From Halalkalibacterium halodurans (GTDB lineage Bacteria > Bacillota > Bacilli > Bacillales > Bacillaceae_D): 32,000 bases of DNA. Position 1 is the first letter of the stretch. The number at the start of each line of letters is the position of its first letter. Shown one piece after another: positions 15,692 through 25,250 of this stretch. The position numbers and the translations under genes were made by a program. The notes beneath the pieces are model-generated. The model did not search any database, was not told the origin of the DNA, and saw only the letters and a list, made by a program, of their open reading frames with translations. The stretch is from NCBI RefSeq assembly GCF_004376175.1, contig NZ_SNUY01000018.1:26937-58936 (forward strand), written 5' to 3'.

Positions 15692-16411
15692 ATGAGAAAG
15701 GGTTTGATTATCCTTCTGACGACTCTTACGATACTTTTGGGCGTATATGGAGTGAACGAATGGTCAAAGTCGAGAAGTTTCCAAGTTTTTGGTGGGCTTG
15801 TTAATCATGTTGCCACAAATGAGCCTGTTATTGCCTTGACATTTGACGATGGGCCGACGGCTTTAACGGATGATATCCTTTCAATTCTACAAGAGGAAGA
15901 CATAAAGGCAACCTTTTTCCTAACAGGGAGAGAAATAGAAGAGCATATGGAGGAGGCGCAAAAAATCGTTGCAGCAGGGCATGAAATAGGCAATCACTCG
16001 TATTCTCATCAGCGAATGGTGTTCAAGTCTCCTTCGTTTATTCGCGAGGAAATTGAACGAACGGATGAATGGATCCGTCAAGCTGGATATGAGGGAGACA
16101 TTCATTTCAGGCCACCGTTTGGAAAAAAGCTAGTGGTGTTGCCTTATTATTTATCCCAACAGGAGCGAAAGACGGTCTTATGGAATATTGAGCCAGAAAC
16201 ATTCCCAGAAATCACAATGGATTCACAAAAAATAACCGATTATGTAATGGAAACGGTGGAACCTGGTTCGATTATTTTGCTGCACGTTATGTATGAAAGT
16301 CGAAAGCCGTCGATAGAAGCGGTTAAGGAGCTCATTCCAGCGTTAAAACAGGAAGGATACACCTTTGTTACGGTGTCCGAGCTACTTGAATATGAAGAGA
16401 TCGATTCATAA
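15692..16411 (+). CDS. membrane-anchored polysaccharide deacetylase (CE4 / NodB homology domain)
   Basis: SD AGGAGG. N-terminal TM anchor. Motifs TFDDGP, HSYSH and LLH belong to the NodB domain. Confidence 0.85.
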   Translation: MRKGLIILLTTLTILLGVYGVNEWSKSRSFQVFGGLVNHVATNEPVIALTFDDGPTALTDDILSILQEEDIKATFFLTGREIEEHMEEAQKIVAAGHEIGNHSYSHQRMVFKSPSFIREEIERTDEWIRQAGYEGDIHFRPPFGKKLVVLPYYLSQQERKTVLWNIEPETFPEITMDSQKITDYVMETVEPGSIILLHVMYESRKPSIEAVKELIPALKQEGYTFVTVSELLEYEEIDS

Positions 16412-16567
16412 ATTACTTGGATCGCTCTCTTTTCTTGGATACATACCCGTTTGCTCCGTATCACTTCTCCAACTGGCTCGATTTAGTAATCAGAGCACCA
16501 CTCACTTTATTAAAAAAGCGTCAGCCTGAAGATCAAGTGAGCGATGTGAAGAAAAAAGATATGTAAT

Positions 16568-16593
16568 GCCCCCTATTTGATTTGATAGGGGGC
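16568..16593. terminator. hairpin between the convergent deacetylase and LPMO genes
   Basis: Stem GCCCCCTAT (16568-16576) pairs with ATAGGGGGC (16585-16593). U-tracts are poor on both strands. Confidence 0.45.
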
Positions 16594-16600
16594 CATGCAT

Positions 16601-17389
16601 TTAAAGAGGGCGCCAGACGTCAGCGCTTCCTGGTACCTCGCCGAGTGTCCACCATCTTGCTTCATACGCGCGACCGTCATACAGGACGCGGTCACCACCT
16701 AAATAAACGGTTGTTGCATCCCAAATAGGGTAAGGGGAAGGTTCTGGTGGTTGAGGGCTAGGATCTACGGGTGGCGTGTCATTTCCATTTCCGAATTCAA
16801 CGTCAATGACATTGTAAAAAGCATTGGCTGTATCAGCGACATCCCATACACCTAAGATCACGTGGTAACCTGTGCGCTCTGGGATCGTCACTTCGTGAGT
16901 GACCTTCTCCCCTGGCCGTGCTCCGCCATCATATTGTTCATAAAAAGGAATGAGCTCAAATTGATCTCTTGTTAAGGGCTCATTTGGATTCCAGTTCGGC
17001 TTTGTCACGTAATAATGCCATTTAGCTGTTGCATGCCTTGCGGTTAGGTGCCAAGTGAATGTTTGAGTTCCACTAGAAAGGGGAACCTTTGACCAACGGG
17101 TCGAGCTTTGTTCATCAAGCTTCGGAAACACACCACCGGCTGAGGCGATTTGCCCATCGGGAATGCTCGGTCCCGGAAAGCCTTTAGGGGCTTCTAAGCT
17201 TTGAGGTTCCCAAATAACCGCACCACAGTCTTGGTTGATGGATTGTTGGCAGAGTAGGGCTCGAGAGCTAGGATTTTCAATATAGCCATGGGCTGAGGCT
17301 ACTTGAATCCCTGCAAGCATCAACAATCCGAGTACAGCTGTGTGTACCACAATGAGACGACAACATTTCGTGAGGTTTTGTCTTACCAT
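16601..17389 (-). CDS. lytic polysaccharide monooxygenase (AA10, chitin-binding type) with a C-terminal CBM5/12-like module
   Basis: I prefer ATG 17389 (SD AAGGAGGA). The signal peptide ends ASA, exposing HGYIENPSSRALLC with His1 as the AA10 hallmark. The C-terminal segment YLGGDRVLYDGRAYEARWWTLGEVPG is CBM5/12-like. Confidence 0.85.
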   Translation of the reverse strand: MVRQNLTKCCRLIVVHTAVLGLLMLAGIQVASAHGYIENPSSRALLCQQSINQDCGAVIWEPQSLEAPKGFPGPSIPDGQIASAGGVFPKLDEQSSTRWSKVPLSSGTQTFTWHLTARHATAKWHYYVTKPNWNPNEPLTRDQFELIPFYEQYDGGARPGEKVTHEVTIPERTGYHVILGVWDVADTANAFYNVIDVEFGNGNDTPPVDPSPQPPEPSPYPIWDATTVYLGGDRVLYDGRAYEARWWTLGEVPGSADVWRPL

Positions 17390-17589
17390 AACATCCTCCT
17401 TGAATAGGTAATTACAACTTTCACGAAAATGTATATTATCAAGCAATGAATTTTAATACGAATTTTTCTTGATTGTAATGATTTGTGAAAAATTAGGGGG
17501 GTGAGACAGTTGTAGATATAAGGGGATCTCAGAAAAGTGAGTTATCATAGAGTCTCGGAATAAATAACAATTTTCCGGGTGAAATGAAC

Positions 17590-19334
17590 CAAAATTACTG
17601 GAAATTGGATTGGAATGGCCTGCACACTCATTATTTTCATTGTATTTTCAAAAATGTGCATGACAAAGAAACCTATTGCCATTATTTTTTTAAAAATTGA
17701 CTAGGCGGCTTTAGGAAAGATGATTTCTTCAATATTTAACTGCTCTTTCTGACTGCTGTACCAAGCATCGATGTGCTGACACATCATTATGGCGTATAGG
17801 CGAATGTACCACATTTTTGTTGACCGGTGGCGTCCAGATTCCAAGTGATAATCTATTTTTTCTCTTTTATTAGAACGTTCAACAGAGGTTCTTCGTTTGT
17901 ATATAAGTTTCCACTTTTCAGAGGACCTTGGTGTTTTGGTAAATAATCGTAGATTATCCTCTCTGAATGTATGGAATGTCCGACCATATTTTGCTTTTGA
18001 ACACGGTGATGAGCATGTATTTTTGGTACCGCAAGCAAGTGGACAACGCCATTTTTGCCGATTTTGAGATTTGTCAAACCCGTTGGGCTTCATCTCCTTC
18101 CCAATCGGACAGATTGGAACACCTGTTGGAGATATTTGAATATCACTTTCTGTACTAAAGTTCTTCTTTGTTCGAACATTTAAATCGATGAAGGGTTCCA
18201 CATTTTGATGTTCAAGTAGCTCATAAATGGCCTCAGCATCGTGCGCTGCATCAAGAAGAATTTTATCAATCGTGCCCAAGGTGTACCGTTGCGAAAATTC
18301 AATTGAACTAACCACTAGGCTGACTGAATCATGCCGGGAAGCAGGATGCAGCCGTGGATATAGCGGTAAGTCGTATTGGCTATCGCTAGTGGATATCATG
18401 TAGAGATGATATCCGTTGAAGTACTTTTCCTTAGAACTATCCCAGCCTGAGTCGATGTCGGGTTGTGAATACTGGCGTGGGTGAGTACAGTTCGTTAGTC
18501 CTTGGGCACTACAATTACAGGTTGATTTACTTCTCGGGTACCTAGCTGTTTCAATTGGTGTCCCATCTCCAACTACACCTAGAGCTTCGGGATCCCCAAG
18601 AAGACCAAGTTTCGTAGAAACCGCTAAAAATTGGGATTGAAAAAACTCAAATAATCGGTCTCCTGGCAGTTGTTTTTGTTTGGAACCATAACGCATTGCC
18701 CGATCAACGAGTTTACGAACAATTCCGGGATTCTTAGGTTCAGCTTTTTCACCCTTTTTAGGCTTCTTTTTCTTTTTTGACTTTTTCTTTTTAGGTTTGA
18801 CCTTCGGCATAACATTCGGGCTTTCGAAGGCCCATAAACGTTTGAAAAAGTCTTCAAATGTTCCAACACCTGGTGTGTCACCGGGTTCAAAACCGCTAAG
18901 AATTGCATACAACGGAACGCGACGAAGTTGATCAACCCAATGAGTAATACCTTTTGTAGGTTGAACAAATAATGAAAGCAGATAAGAACGCATCATAGAA
19001 GCAGGGTCACGAGGCTTTGGTCCCTTTTTGGAATAGGAATCACCAAGCCATGTAGTTACCGAAGAGAGATCAGTTATCCAAAGCTTTTTAATTACTGGCC
19101 AATCCTTATTAACAAGGGTAAGAATGCCGCCAGAATAATGGGCATTTAACTGATTTAGAACGAAGTTTTGATAAGTTTCGTGTGCAATAAACGTTGGTTT
19201 CATTTTGGCACCTCAATCACAAGTAGTAAGGGAAAATAATCCCTTCACCGGCGATTATTGTGGTGTTTTTGAAAAGTCAAGTGTTTCTTGTCGAATTCGA
19301 GAAAATATTTTGATAATTAATTTCCAGTTTTAAA
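17590..19334 (-). mobile_element. insertion sequence carrying the 500-aa transposase; ends only tentatively placed
   Basis: Inverted 10-mers ACTGGAAATT (17597-17606) and AATTTCCAGT (19319-19328). An 8-bp direct repeat AAATGAAC (17582-17589 and 19335-19342) is a possible target duplication. The terminal repeats are otherwise poor. Confidence 0.35.
17701..19203 (-). CDS. IS5/IS1182-like DDE transposase (InsH-type N-terminal domain, YREK signature)
   Basis: 500 aa. The N-terminal PRDPASMMRSYLLSLF...GFEPGDTPGVGTFEDFFKRLW resembles DUF772/InsH. A Lys-rich linker follows. The C-terminal YKRRTSVERSNKREK fits the Y-R-E-K motif. Confidence 0.85.
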   Translation of the reverse strand: MKPTFIAHETYQNFVLNQLNAHYSGGILTLVNKDWPVIKKLWITDLSSVTTWLGDSYSKKGPKPRDPASMMRSYLLSLFVQPTKGITHWVDQLRRVPLYAILSGFEPGDTPGVGTFEDFFKRLWAFESPNVMPKVKPKKKKSKKKKKPKKGEKAEPKNPGIVRKLVDRAMRYGSKQKQLPGDRLFEFFQSQFLAVSTKLGLLGDPEALGVVGDGTPIETARYPRSKSTCNCSAQGLTNCTHPRQYSQPDIDSGWDSSKEKYFNGYHLYMISTSDSQYDLPLYPRLHPASRHDSVSLVVSSIEFSQRYTLGTIDKILLDAAHDAEAIYELLEHQNVEPFIDLNVRTKKNFSTESDIQISPTGVPICPIGKEMKPNGFDKSQNRQKWRCPLACGTKNTCSSPCSKAKYGRTFHTFREDNLRLFTKTPRSSEKWKLIYKRRTSVERSNKREKIDYHLESGRHRSTKMWYIRLYAIMMCQHIDAWYSSQKEQLNIEEIIFPKAA

Positions 19335-19344
19335 AAATGAACAT

Positions 19345-19373
19345 TAAAAAATCCCACCTAAAATAGGAGGGAT
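19345..19373 (-). terminator. terminator of the sda-like two-gene unit
   Basis: Minus strand: ATCCCTCCT, loop, AGGTGGGAT (one mismatch), followed by TTTTT. Confidence 0.6.
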
Positions 19374-19468
19374 GAAATAAATTGGTTTGAGGAAAATCCT
19401 TGAACCACAAAGCTCGGCGAATGCCGAGAGTCTATTATCAGAAAAGGAGGCAGAGCAACAGGTTATTT

Positions 19469-19651
19469 TTAATACAATTCAAAGCCATATGCTGCTGCCC
19501 ATTTTCCATCAACTTGATCAACAACATAGAACAAGTGACTGTCTTCTTTTTTGATGATAGCTTGTTCATCAGTAGCAAACAATCGTGCATCCGTTATTTC
19601 TTCAAACGGAATCGCGTCAATGTTCCGGTTATGAACCGTGAGAATCGGCAT
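19469..19651 (-). CDS. hypothetical 60-aa protein overlapping the sda-like gene
   Basis: ATG 19651 with SD AAAGGAG 10 nt upstream, lying inside the 3' end of the upstream gene (23-nt overlap). No recognisable family. Confidence 0.5.
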   Translation of the reverse strand: MPILTVHNRNIDAIPFEEITDARLFATDEQAIIKKEDSHLFYVVDQVDGKWAAAYGFELY

Positions 19652-19841
19652 TTGCAAGCAGCTCCTTTTGATTTAACGTTTCATCTATAGCATGACCTTG
19701 TAGAGACAAATCATTCTCAGGAATTGGAAGGCTTCGACGTTCACATTCCTCTATTAAAATATGGATAAAATCAGGATCTAGGTTAAGCTTTATGGCATAT
19801 TTACATGCTTCCATAAGAAATGTGTCTGATAATGTCTCCAT
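19629..19841 (-). CDS. sda: Sda-like sporulation histidine-kinase inhibitor with a roughly 30-aa C-terminal extension
   Basis: SD GGAGGA. LSDTFLMEACKYAIKLNLDPDFIHILIEECERRSL aligns with B. subtilis Sda [35 protein letters not shown]. Confidence 0.7.
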   Translation of the reverse strand: METLSDTFLMEACKYAIKLNLDPDFIHILIEECERRSLPIPENDLSLQGHAIDETLNQKELLANADSHGS

Positions 19842-19998
19842 GAAATTCCTCCATCTTATCTATTTTTAAGGATATATGCCCCAATTTTTCATAGAGCAAA
19901 CTGTTTTTTTGTAGTAGATTGAAATCCCTCCTTTTTTTTACATAATGATGGAAAGTTTGTGCAAGCTAATAAAGATCATAGAGTGAAGGAGTGATAAG

Positions 19999-21600
19999 AT
20001 GAAAGATCAAAATCAAGATCCCAATAAGCGATCTGACAATGAAACAGATGAAACGTTAACGAACAGACAGGGTCATCCTGTCACGAACAACCAGCATGTT
20101 CGAACAGTGGGAGATCGCGGGCCTACTACTTTAGAGAATTATGATTTTCTTGAGAAAATTAGCCATTTTGACCGAGAACGTATTCCAGAGCGTGTCGTTC
20201 ATGCCAGAGGGACAGGGGCACACGGTTATTTTGAAAGCTATGGTACATATGGGGATGAACCCATTTCGAAGTATACTCGTGCGAAAGTGTTCACGGAAAA
20301 AGGCAAGCAAACACCGGTTTTTGTTCGTTTTTCCTCGGTCATTCACGGTGGGCATTCACCAGAGACATTACGAGACCCTAGGGGATTTGCGGTGAAGTTT
20401 TATACCGAAGATGGTAACTGGGATTTAGTAGGGAACAACTTAAAAATCTTCTTTATCCGTGATCCGTTGAAATTTCCTGATTTGGTTCATGCGTTCAAGC
20501 CAGATCCGGTTACGAATGTACAAGATGGAGAACGGATCTTTGATTTTATTTCACAAACACCAGAGGCCATGCACATGATCACATTCTTGTTCTCACCGTG
20601 GGGCATACCTGCTAACTATCGAATGATGCAAGGGTCTGGCGTAAACACCTACAAATGGGTAAATGAAGAGGGGAATGCGGTTCTCGTTAAATACCATTGG
20701 GAACCGAAGCAAGGAATCAAAAATTTAACGCAGAAGGAAGCAGAGGCCATACAAGCGAAAAACTTTAACCATGCAACTTTGGATTTGTACGAAGCGATTG
20801 AGGACGGAGATTATCCAGAGTGGGAATTGTATGTGCAAATTATGAGTGATGATGCCCATCGAGAGCTTGATTTTGACCCGCTAGATCCCACGAAATTGTG
20901 GTATAAAGATCAATTCCCATGGGTACCCGTTGGCAGAATGGTGTTAAATAAAAATCCTGAAAACTACTTTGCAGAGGTGGAACAAGCCGCCTTTGGGACG
21001 GGTGTACTCGTCGATGGCCTTGATTTCTCAGACGATAAGCTATTGCAGGGCCGAACGTTTTCTTATTCTGATACACAACGGTATCGGGTAGGGGCAAATT
21101 ATTTACAGTTACCTATCAATGCCCCCAAAAAACGGGTAGCAACGAATCAGCGAGATGGACAAATGGAATACCATGTGGACATAGGACCAAAGCAAAACCC
21201 CCATGTAAACTATGAGCCATCTTTATTAAATGGGCTAAAAGAAGCAAAGCAAGATGGCCAGGACCATACCCCGTATGTTGAAGGTGAACTGCAACGGGCG
21301 AGCATCGATAGGCGAAACGATTATGGACAGGCAGGTGAAACCTATCGCCGGTTGTCAGACTGGGAGCGAAATGATCTTATTTTGAATCTTGTGAACACAC
21401 TCGCACCTTGTCATGAAGACATTCAAAAGCAAATGATTGATCACTTTAGCCAATGTGACCCTGAGTATGGACGAAGGGTGAAGGAAGGGTTAGAGAAACA
21501 AAAGGGAGCAGATACTCATAGGCAGCCACAAGGCGGTGTAGATGGGGATGCGGCGATGCATGCGGCAGAAGCTCTGGGACATCCTTCAGATCCTTATTAA
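19999..21600 (+). CDS. monofunctional heme catalase
   Basis: SD AAGGAG. Signatures [28 protein letters not shown] and [17 protein letters not shown]. Confidence 0.95.
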   Translation: MKDQNQDPNKRSDNETDETLTNRQGHPVTNNQHVRTVGDRGPTTLENYDFLEKISHFDRERIPERVVHARGTGAHGYFESYGTYGDEPISKYTRAKVFTEKGKQTPVFVRFSSVIHGGHSPETLRDPRGFAVKFYTEDGNWDLVGNNLKIFFIRDPLKFPDLVHAFKPDPVTNVQDGERIFDFISQTPEAMHMITFLFSPWGIPANYRMMQGSGVNTYKWVNEEGNAVLVKYHWEPKQGIKNLTQKEAEAIQAKNFNHATLDLYEAIEDGDYPEWELYVQIMSDDAHRELDFDPLDPTKLWYKDQFPWVPVGRMVLNKNPENYFAEVEQAAFGTGVLVDGLDFSDDKLLQGRTFSYSDTQRYRVGANYLQLPINAPKKRVATNQRDGQMEYHVDIGPKQNPHVNYEPSLLNGLKEAKQDGQDHTPYVEGELQRASIDRRNDYGQAGETYRRLSDWERNDLILNLVNTLAPCHEDIQKQMIDHFSQCDPEYGRRVKEGLEKQKGADTHRQPQGGVDGDAAMHAAEALGHPSDPY

Positions 21601-21609
21601 AGCATTGCG

Positions 21610-21638
21610 AGAACCTCATGTTGTGAGGTTCTTTTTTT
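21610..21638 (+). terminator. Rho-independent terminator after the catalase gene
   Basis: Stem AGAACCTCA (21610-21618) pairs with TGAGGTTCT (21624-21632), followed by a T-run. Confidence 0.8.
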
Positions 21639-21723
21639 AATCATAAAATATAGCTCTTTTGGACTGAAAATAGGATTATAATGTATATGTAAGCGCTTAA
21701 TTATTGAGGGGGAGGTACTTTCG

Positions 21724-22689
21724 TTGGCGAATACCCATTCACCTTTATCCAGACCACCAGTAAAGAAACGTTGGCTTCACCGTGTCATTTTAAGTGTTTG
21801 CGTGCTTGCGTTTCTTGGGGGTCTTTCGATTGTAGGAATATCTGTTTATGTCGGGTGGAACTTATCCCATCCAGAAAGGGAAGTGATTGACGAATCACCG
21901 ACTGATTATGGGCTACTATTTGAAGATGTTGTCTTTTACAGCGAGAAAGATGAAGTCGAATTAAAAGGCTGGTGGATACCGGCTCAAGACAACGGAGAAG
22001 AGCTAGGGACAGATCGCGCTGTTGTTTTCTCCCATGGCTATCGTCATTCGCGTCTTCAAGGAGAAAACGATATTTTGCCTTTTGCTAAGCGGTTGGCGAA
22101 AGAGGGGTATCACTTATTACTGTTTGATTATCGTGGTTCAGGCGAATCAGGTGGTACGTATACAACGATTGGTCAATACGAAACAGATGATCTTCTTTCC
22201 GCTATCGCGTTTGTAAAAGCAGAAAAGCACGTTGAGGAGATCGCAGTCATTGGTTGGTCGATGGGGGCGGTTTCTGCTATTTTGGCTACGCAACAATCAG
22301 AGGATGTTCAAATCGTCATAGCCGATAGTCCATTCGCGAATTTGCGCCAATACTTATCGGAAAATTTATCCCATTGGAGTGACTTACCAGACGTCCCATT
22401 CACTTGGGTTGTATTGCAAACGATCCCGGTTTTAATTGGTGCCGATATTGATCAAGTTAGTCCCGTAGATGCTGTTTCGCCGATTGGAGAAACAAAACTC
22501 TTTCTTATTCATGGAAGATGGGATGAAGCGATCCCCCATAGGGACAGTGAAGCGATTTTTGAGGCAGCAGACGGCCAAGCAGAACTGTGGCTACCTGAAA
22601 ATGAGGGACATGTAAAAACGATCAATGAGCAGTCAGAGGAATATGAAGAGCGCATTCTCGCTTTTCTCGAAAAAAGCTTTACAGAATAA
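21724..22689 (+). CDS. membrane-anchored alpha/beta hydrolase
   Basis: TTG start with SD GGGGGAGG. An N-terminal TM segment. The nucleophile elbow GWSMG and the overall alpha/beta-fold pattern (FSHGY, DYRGSGES). Confidence 0.8.
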   Translation: MANTHSPLSRPPVKKRWLHRVILSVCVLAFLGGLSIVGISVYVGWNLSHPEREVIDESPTDYGLLFEDVVFYSEKDEVELKGWWIPAQDNGEELGTDRAVVFSHGYRHSRLQGENDILPFAKRLAKEGYHLLLFDYRGSGESGGTYTTIGQYETDDLLSAIAFVKAEKHVEEIAVIGWSMGAVSAILATQQSEDVQIVIADSPFANLRQYLSENLSHWSDLPDVPFTWVVLQTIPVLIGADIDQVSPVDAVSPIGETKLFLIHGRWDEAIPHRDSEAIFEAADGQAELWLPENEGHVKTINEQSEEYEERILAFLEKSFTE

Positions 22690-22714
22690 ACGCGGCGAGA
22701 AGGGTTGTTGGCTG

Positions 22715-22749
22715 AAAAAGGAGCGAGGGGTTGTCCTCGCTCCTTTTTT
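22715..22749. terminator. bidirectional terminator shared by the hydrolase gene and hbs
   Basis: AAAAA, GGAGCGAGG, loop, CCTCGCTCC, TTTTTT. Confidence 0.8.
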
Positions 22750-22775
22750 CAATCGCCGAGGTATGTACCTCGTCT

Positions 22776-23048
22776 TTAGTTTACTGCGTCTTTAAGTTGT
22801 TTACCAGGCTTGAACGCAGGGTTTTTTGTAGCTGGGATTTCGATTTCTTCACCAGTTTGAGGGTTGCGACCTTTACGAGCAGAACGCTCACGTACTTCGA
22901 AGCTACCGAAACCAACAAGTTGAACTTTGCCGCCTTCTTTTAATGCACCAGTAATGCTTTCAAAAACAGCGTCGACTGCTTTAGAAGCGTCCTTTTTAGA
23001 AAGTTCTGCTTGATCTGCCACTGCATTGATTAAATCTGTTTTGTTCAT
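22776..23048 (-). CDS. hbs: DNA-binding protein HU
   Basis: ATG 23048 with [20 protein letters not shown]...[27 protein letters not shown]...AFKPGK is near-identical to HBsu. Confidence 0.95.
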   Translation of the reverse strand: MNKTDLINAVADQAELSKKDASKAVDAVFESITGALKEGGKVQLVGFGSFEVRERSARKGRNPQTGEEIEIPATKNPAFKPGKQLKDAVN

Positions 23049-23214
23049 GAAAAAACTCCCTTTCATTCCTTGGATAATAAAGCCTGCAAGTAAAATTTCT
23101 CATGAAACCCTTGTCGTGTCAAGCCTTCAGACCAAATTTAAAGCAAAAAACCCGATATTTTCACGATTTCTGTCATTTTTTCTACAAGTTTTGACCCTTT
23201 TCGCTATCGATAGC

Positions 23215-23754
23215 TTACATTTTCCGGACGCGGATTGTACTAACCATGAGAAACGACAAAATTAAAATCGCAAACATGAACGTATAATCTGGCCAATAAC
23301 CGACAGCTAAATAGAGCAAGGTGAGTATGCAGCCAGCAGCTGTGATTGGCAATCCGATGAAACTATTATGATTTTCTGTAATGTTGAAGCGTGCTAGGCG
23401 AATAGCGCCACAAGCAATGTAAAAGACAGTAAACAGTGCTCCAGCGTATCCGAAATCAAATAAGATGGCATGATAGATCATGAGTGCAGGAGCTACACCG
23501 AAAGAAATAATGTCTGTTAAGGAATCAAGTTGCTTTCCAAAATCAGATGAACAGTCAAACTTTCTTGCAGCTGCTCCATCTAGACGATCAAAGACAGCAG
23601 CTATCGTAATAAAAAGTAAACTTACTCGTAGTTCCCCTTGAAGGGTAAACAAAATCGCAAACACGCCGCAGCTTAAATTTATAATTGTGAAGAAATTTGC
23701 TAGTTGGCTTTTCATTTTCTTTATAGTATGATCTAATTGTTGAAGTAGAAACAT
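23215..23754 (-). CDS. pssA: CDP-diacylglycerol--serine O-phosphatidyltransferase
   Basis: The CDP-alcohol phosphatidyltransferase motif DGAAARKFDCSSDFGKQLDSLTD (DGxxAR...GxxxDxxxD). A polytopic 179-aa protein with SD GGAGGGGA. Confidence 0.85.
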   Translation of the reverse strand: MFLLQQLDHTIKKMKSQLANFFTIINLSCGVFAILFTLQGELRVSLLFITIAAVFDRLDGAAARKFDCSSDFGKQLDSLTDIISFGVAPALMIYHAILFDFGYAGALFTVFYIACGAIRLARFNITENHNSFIGLPITAAGCILTLLYLAVGYWPDYTFMFAILILSFLMVSTIRVRKM

Positions 23755-23894
23755 GTTGTTCCCCTCCCCTCAGAAAAAAATGTAAATTCCTCTTCTTAAA
23801 AGATTATAATAGCACATTACTAACGAAATAACTAGAGCGAAAGAATGATTGTTTTATGAAAGTTTACTGATGAAATAGTAGGTGAAAGAACGTC

Positions 23895-24674
23895 GTGAGA
23901 AAAACATTTTTTAGACTATGCTTCGAATTGAGTAGTCATCCTGTCCTGTCATCGATGCTAAAAGCATTTACTACTTCTAAAGCGAGCCGTTGGTTAATTC
24001 CTTCGTTTGTAAGAGTTTATAACATCAATGGGCAGGAAGCAGAAAAACCACTTCATACTTATCAATCGCTTCAAGAGGTATTTACAAGAACGTTAACGGA
24101 AAACTGTCGTCCAATTGATTTATCACCTAAAAGCATTGTCAGCCCAGTTGATGGCGTTTTAGCTGAGCAAGGAACTCTATCAGACGAGGCAAACTTTGTC
24201 GTGAAAAATCAGACCTATACACTGGAGGAAATGTTAGGTGGAAAAGAAAAAGCCAAGCTCTATCGAGAGGGGACGTACTTGCTTTTTTATTTAAGTCCAA
24301 GTCATTATCACAGAATTCATAGTCCAGTAAACGGCACAATCAAAGATCAATGGACATTAGGGAATAAATCGGCTCCTGTAAATAATCTCGGATTGCGTTA
24401 TGGGAAACGGCCACTATCAAGGAACTATCGTTTGCTCACCGAGTTAGAGGCAGAAGAGGGGCGCTGTATCGTGGCCAAAATCGGGGCCCTTAACGTGAAC
24501 AGTATTGTACCGACTCATCAATCAGAGCATGTAGACAAAGGGGAGGAGATCGGCTATTTTGCCTTTGGTTCATCCGTTATGCTGTTTTTTGAAAAAGGAA
24601 CGATGCAATTGGATCATCAGCCTCGAGCTGTTGAGGTAAAGATGGGGGAAAAGGTAGGGAGCTGGCTACGCTAA
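23895..24674 (+). CDS. psd: phosphatidylserine decarboxylase proenzyme
   Basis: GTG start with SD AGGTGA. The YHRIHSP motif and the FGSS self-cleavage site near the C-terminus. Confidence 0.85.
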   Translation: MRKTFFRLCFELSSHPVLSSMLKAFTTSKASRWLIPSFVRVYNINGQEAEKPLHTYQSLQEVFTRTLTENCRPIDLSPKSIVSPVDGVLAEQGTLSDEANFVVKNQTYTLEEMLGGKEKAKLYREGTYLLFYLSPSHYHRIHSPVNGTIKDQWTLGNKSAPVNNLGLRYGKRPLSRNYRLLTELEAEEGRCIVAKIGALNVNSIVPTHQSEHVDKGEEIGYFAFGSSVMLFFEKGTMQLDHQPRAVEVKMGEKVGSWLR

Positions 24675-24683
24675 ACAAGTCTA

Positions 24684-25142
24684 TTAGCGTTGAAACCAGC
24701 TAAATCCGTAAAACGTCCCAACCGCAAAAACAACGATCCAAAGCGCCAAGCTAAAGGTAATCCATCCAGTCACTAAATATTTCGGTGAGCGAAAGGCAAG
24801 GGCCATTAACGCGGATAGATGGGTACCGATGACGAGCGGTCCCCCTAAGGCTAAACCTGGGAGGCCGTATCGGTTCCAAATATGACGTGCCCGCTTTTGC
24901 CGTTTTGATTCTGGCGGTGTTTCTATCCCTTTTTGGGCTCGGCGTTTTTCTCGCCATGCTTGAAACTTTTCATAAAATATAATGACGAGCAAAATCGTCA
25001 GCCAATTACCGATAAATGCTACGACTGATACGAGCCATGGATTTAGCCCGCGAATAATGCCTAATGGTACAACAACGATCGCTTCAAGCCAAGGAGTAGC
25101 CGCCGCTAAAAAAATGAGCACGTATTCCCAAAGGGTCATCAT
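24684..25142 (-). CDS. small membrane protein (small multidrug-export-like; possibly the YbfM counterpart)
   Basis: ATG 25142 with SD AAAGGAGAG. Four predicted TM segments with a basic central loop. Family assignment is tentative. Confidence 0.6.
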   Translation of the reverse strand: MMTLWEYVLIFLAAATPWLEAIVVVPLGIIRGLNPWLVSVVAFIGNWLTILLVIIFYEKFQAWREKRRAQKGIETPPESKRQKRARHIWNRYGLPGLALGGPLVIGTHLSALMALAFRSPKYLVTGWITFSLALWIVVFAVGTFYGFSWFQR

Positions 25143-25221
25143 GAAACATTCTCTCCTTTTCGTATAAGTCACAAATTACAGTGTAGCGTCCAAGACATCA
25201 TTTAGCAATGGTTCAGCTTGC

Positions 25222-25250
25222 ACAAAAAAACAGGGCAGTGGTGCCCTGTT
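25222..25250 (-). terminator. terminator of the mrp operon
   Basis: Minus strand: ACAGGGCA, CCAC, TGCCCTGT, TTTTTTT, immediately after the mrpG stop. Confidence 0.8.

Noticed and set aside
19842-19998. A PerR box (TTATAATnATTATAA) for the catalase gene, DnaA boxes for the sda-like gene, or a forespore sigma-F/G promoter
   Set aside because: Only partial matches are present (TTACATAATGATGG, TTATCTATT, TGAAAT-N15-CATAATG). None is close enough to call by eye, and a proper matrix scan is needed.
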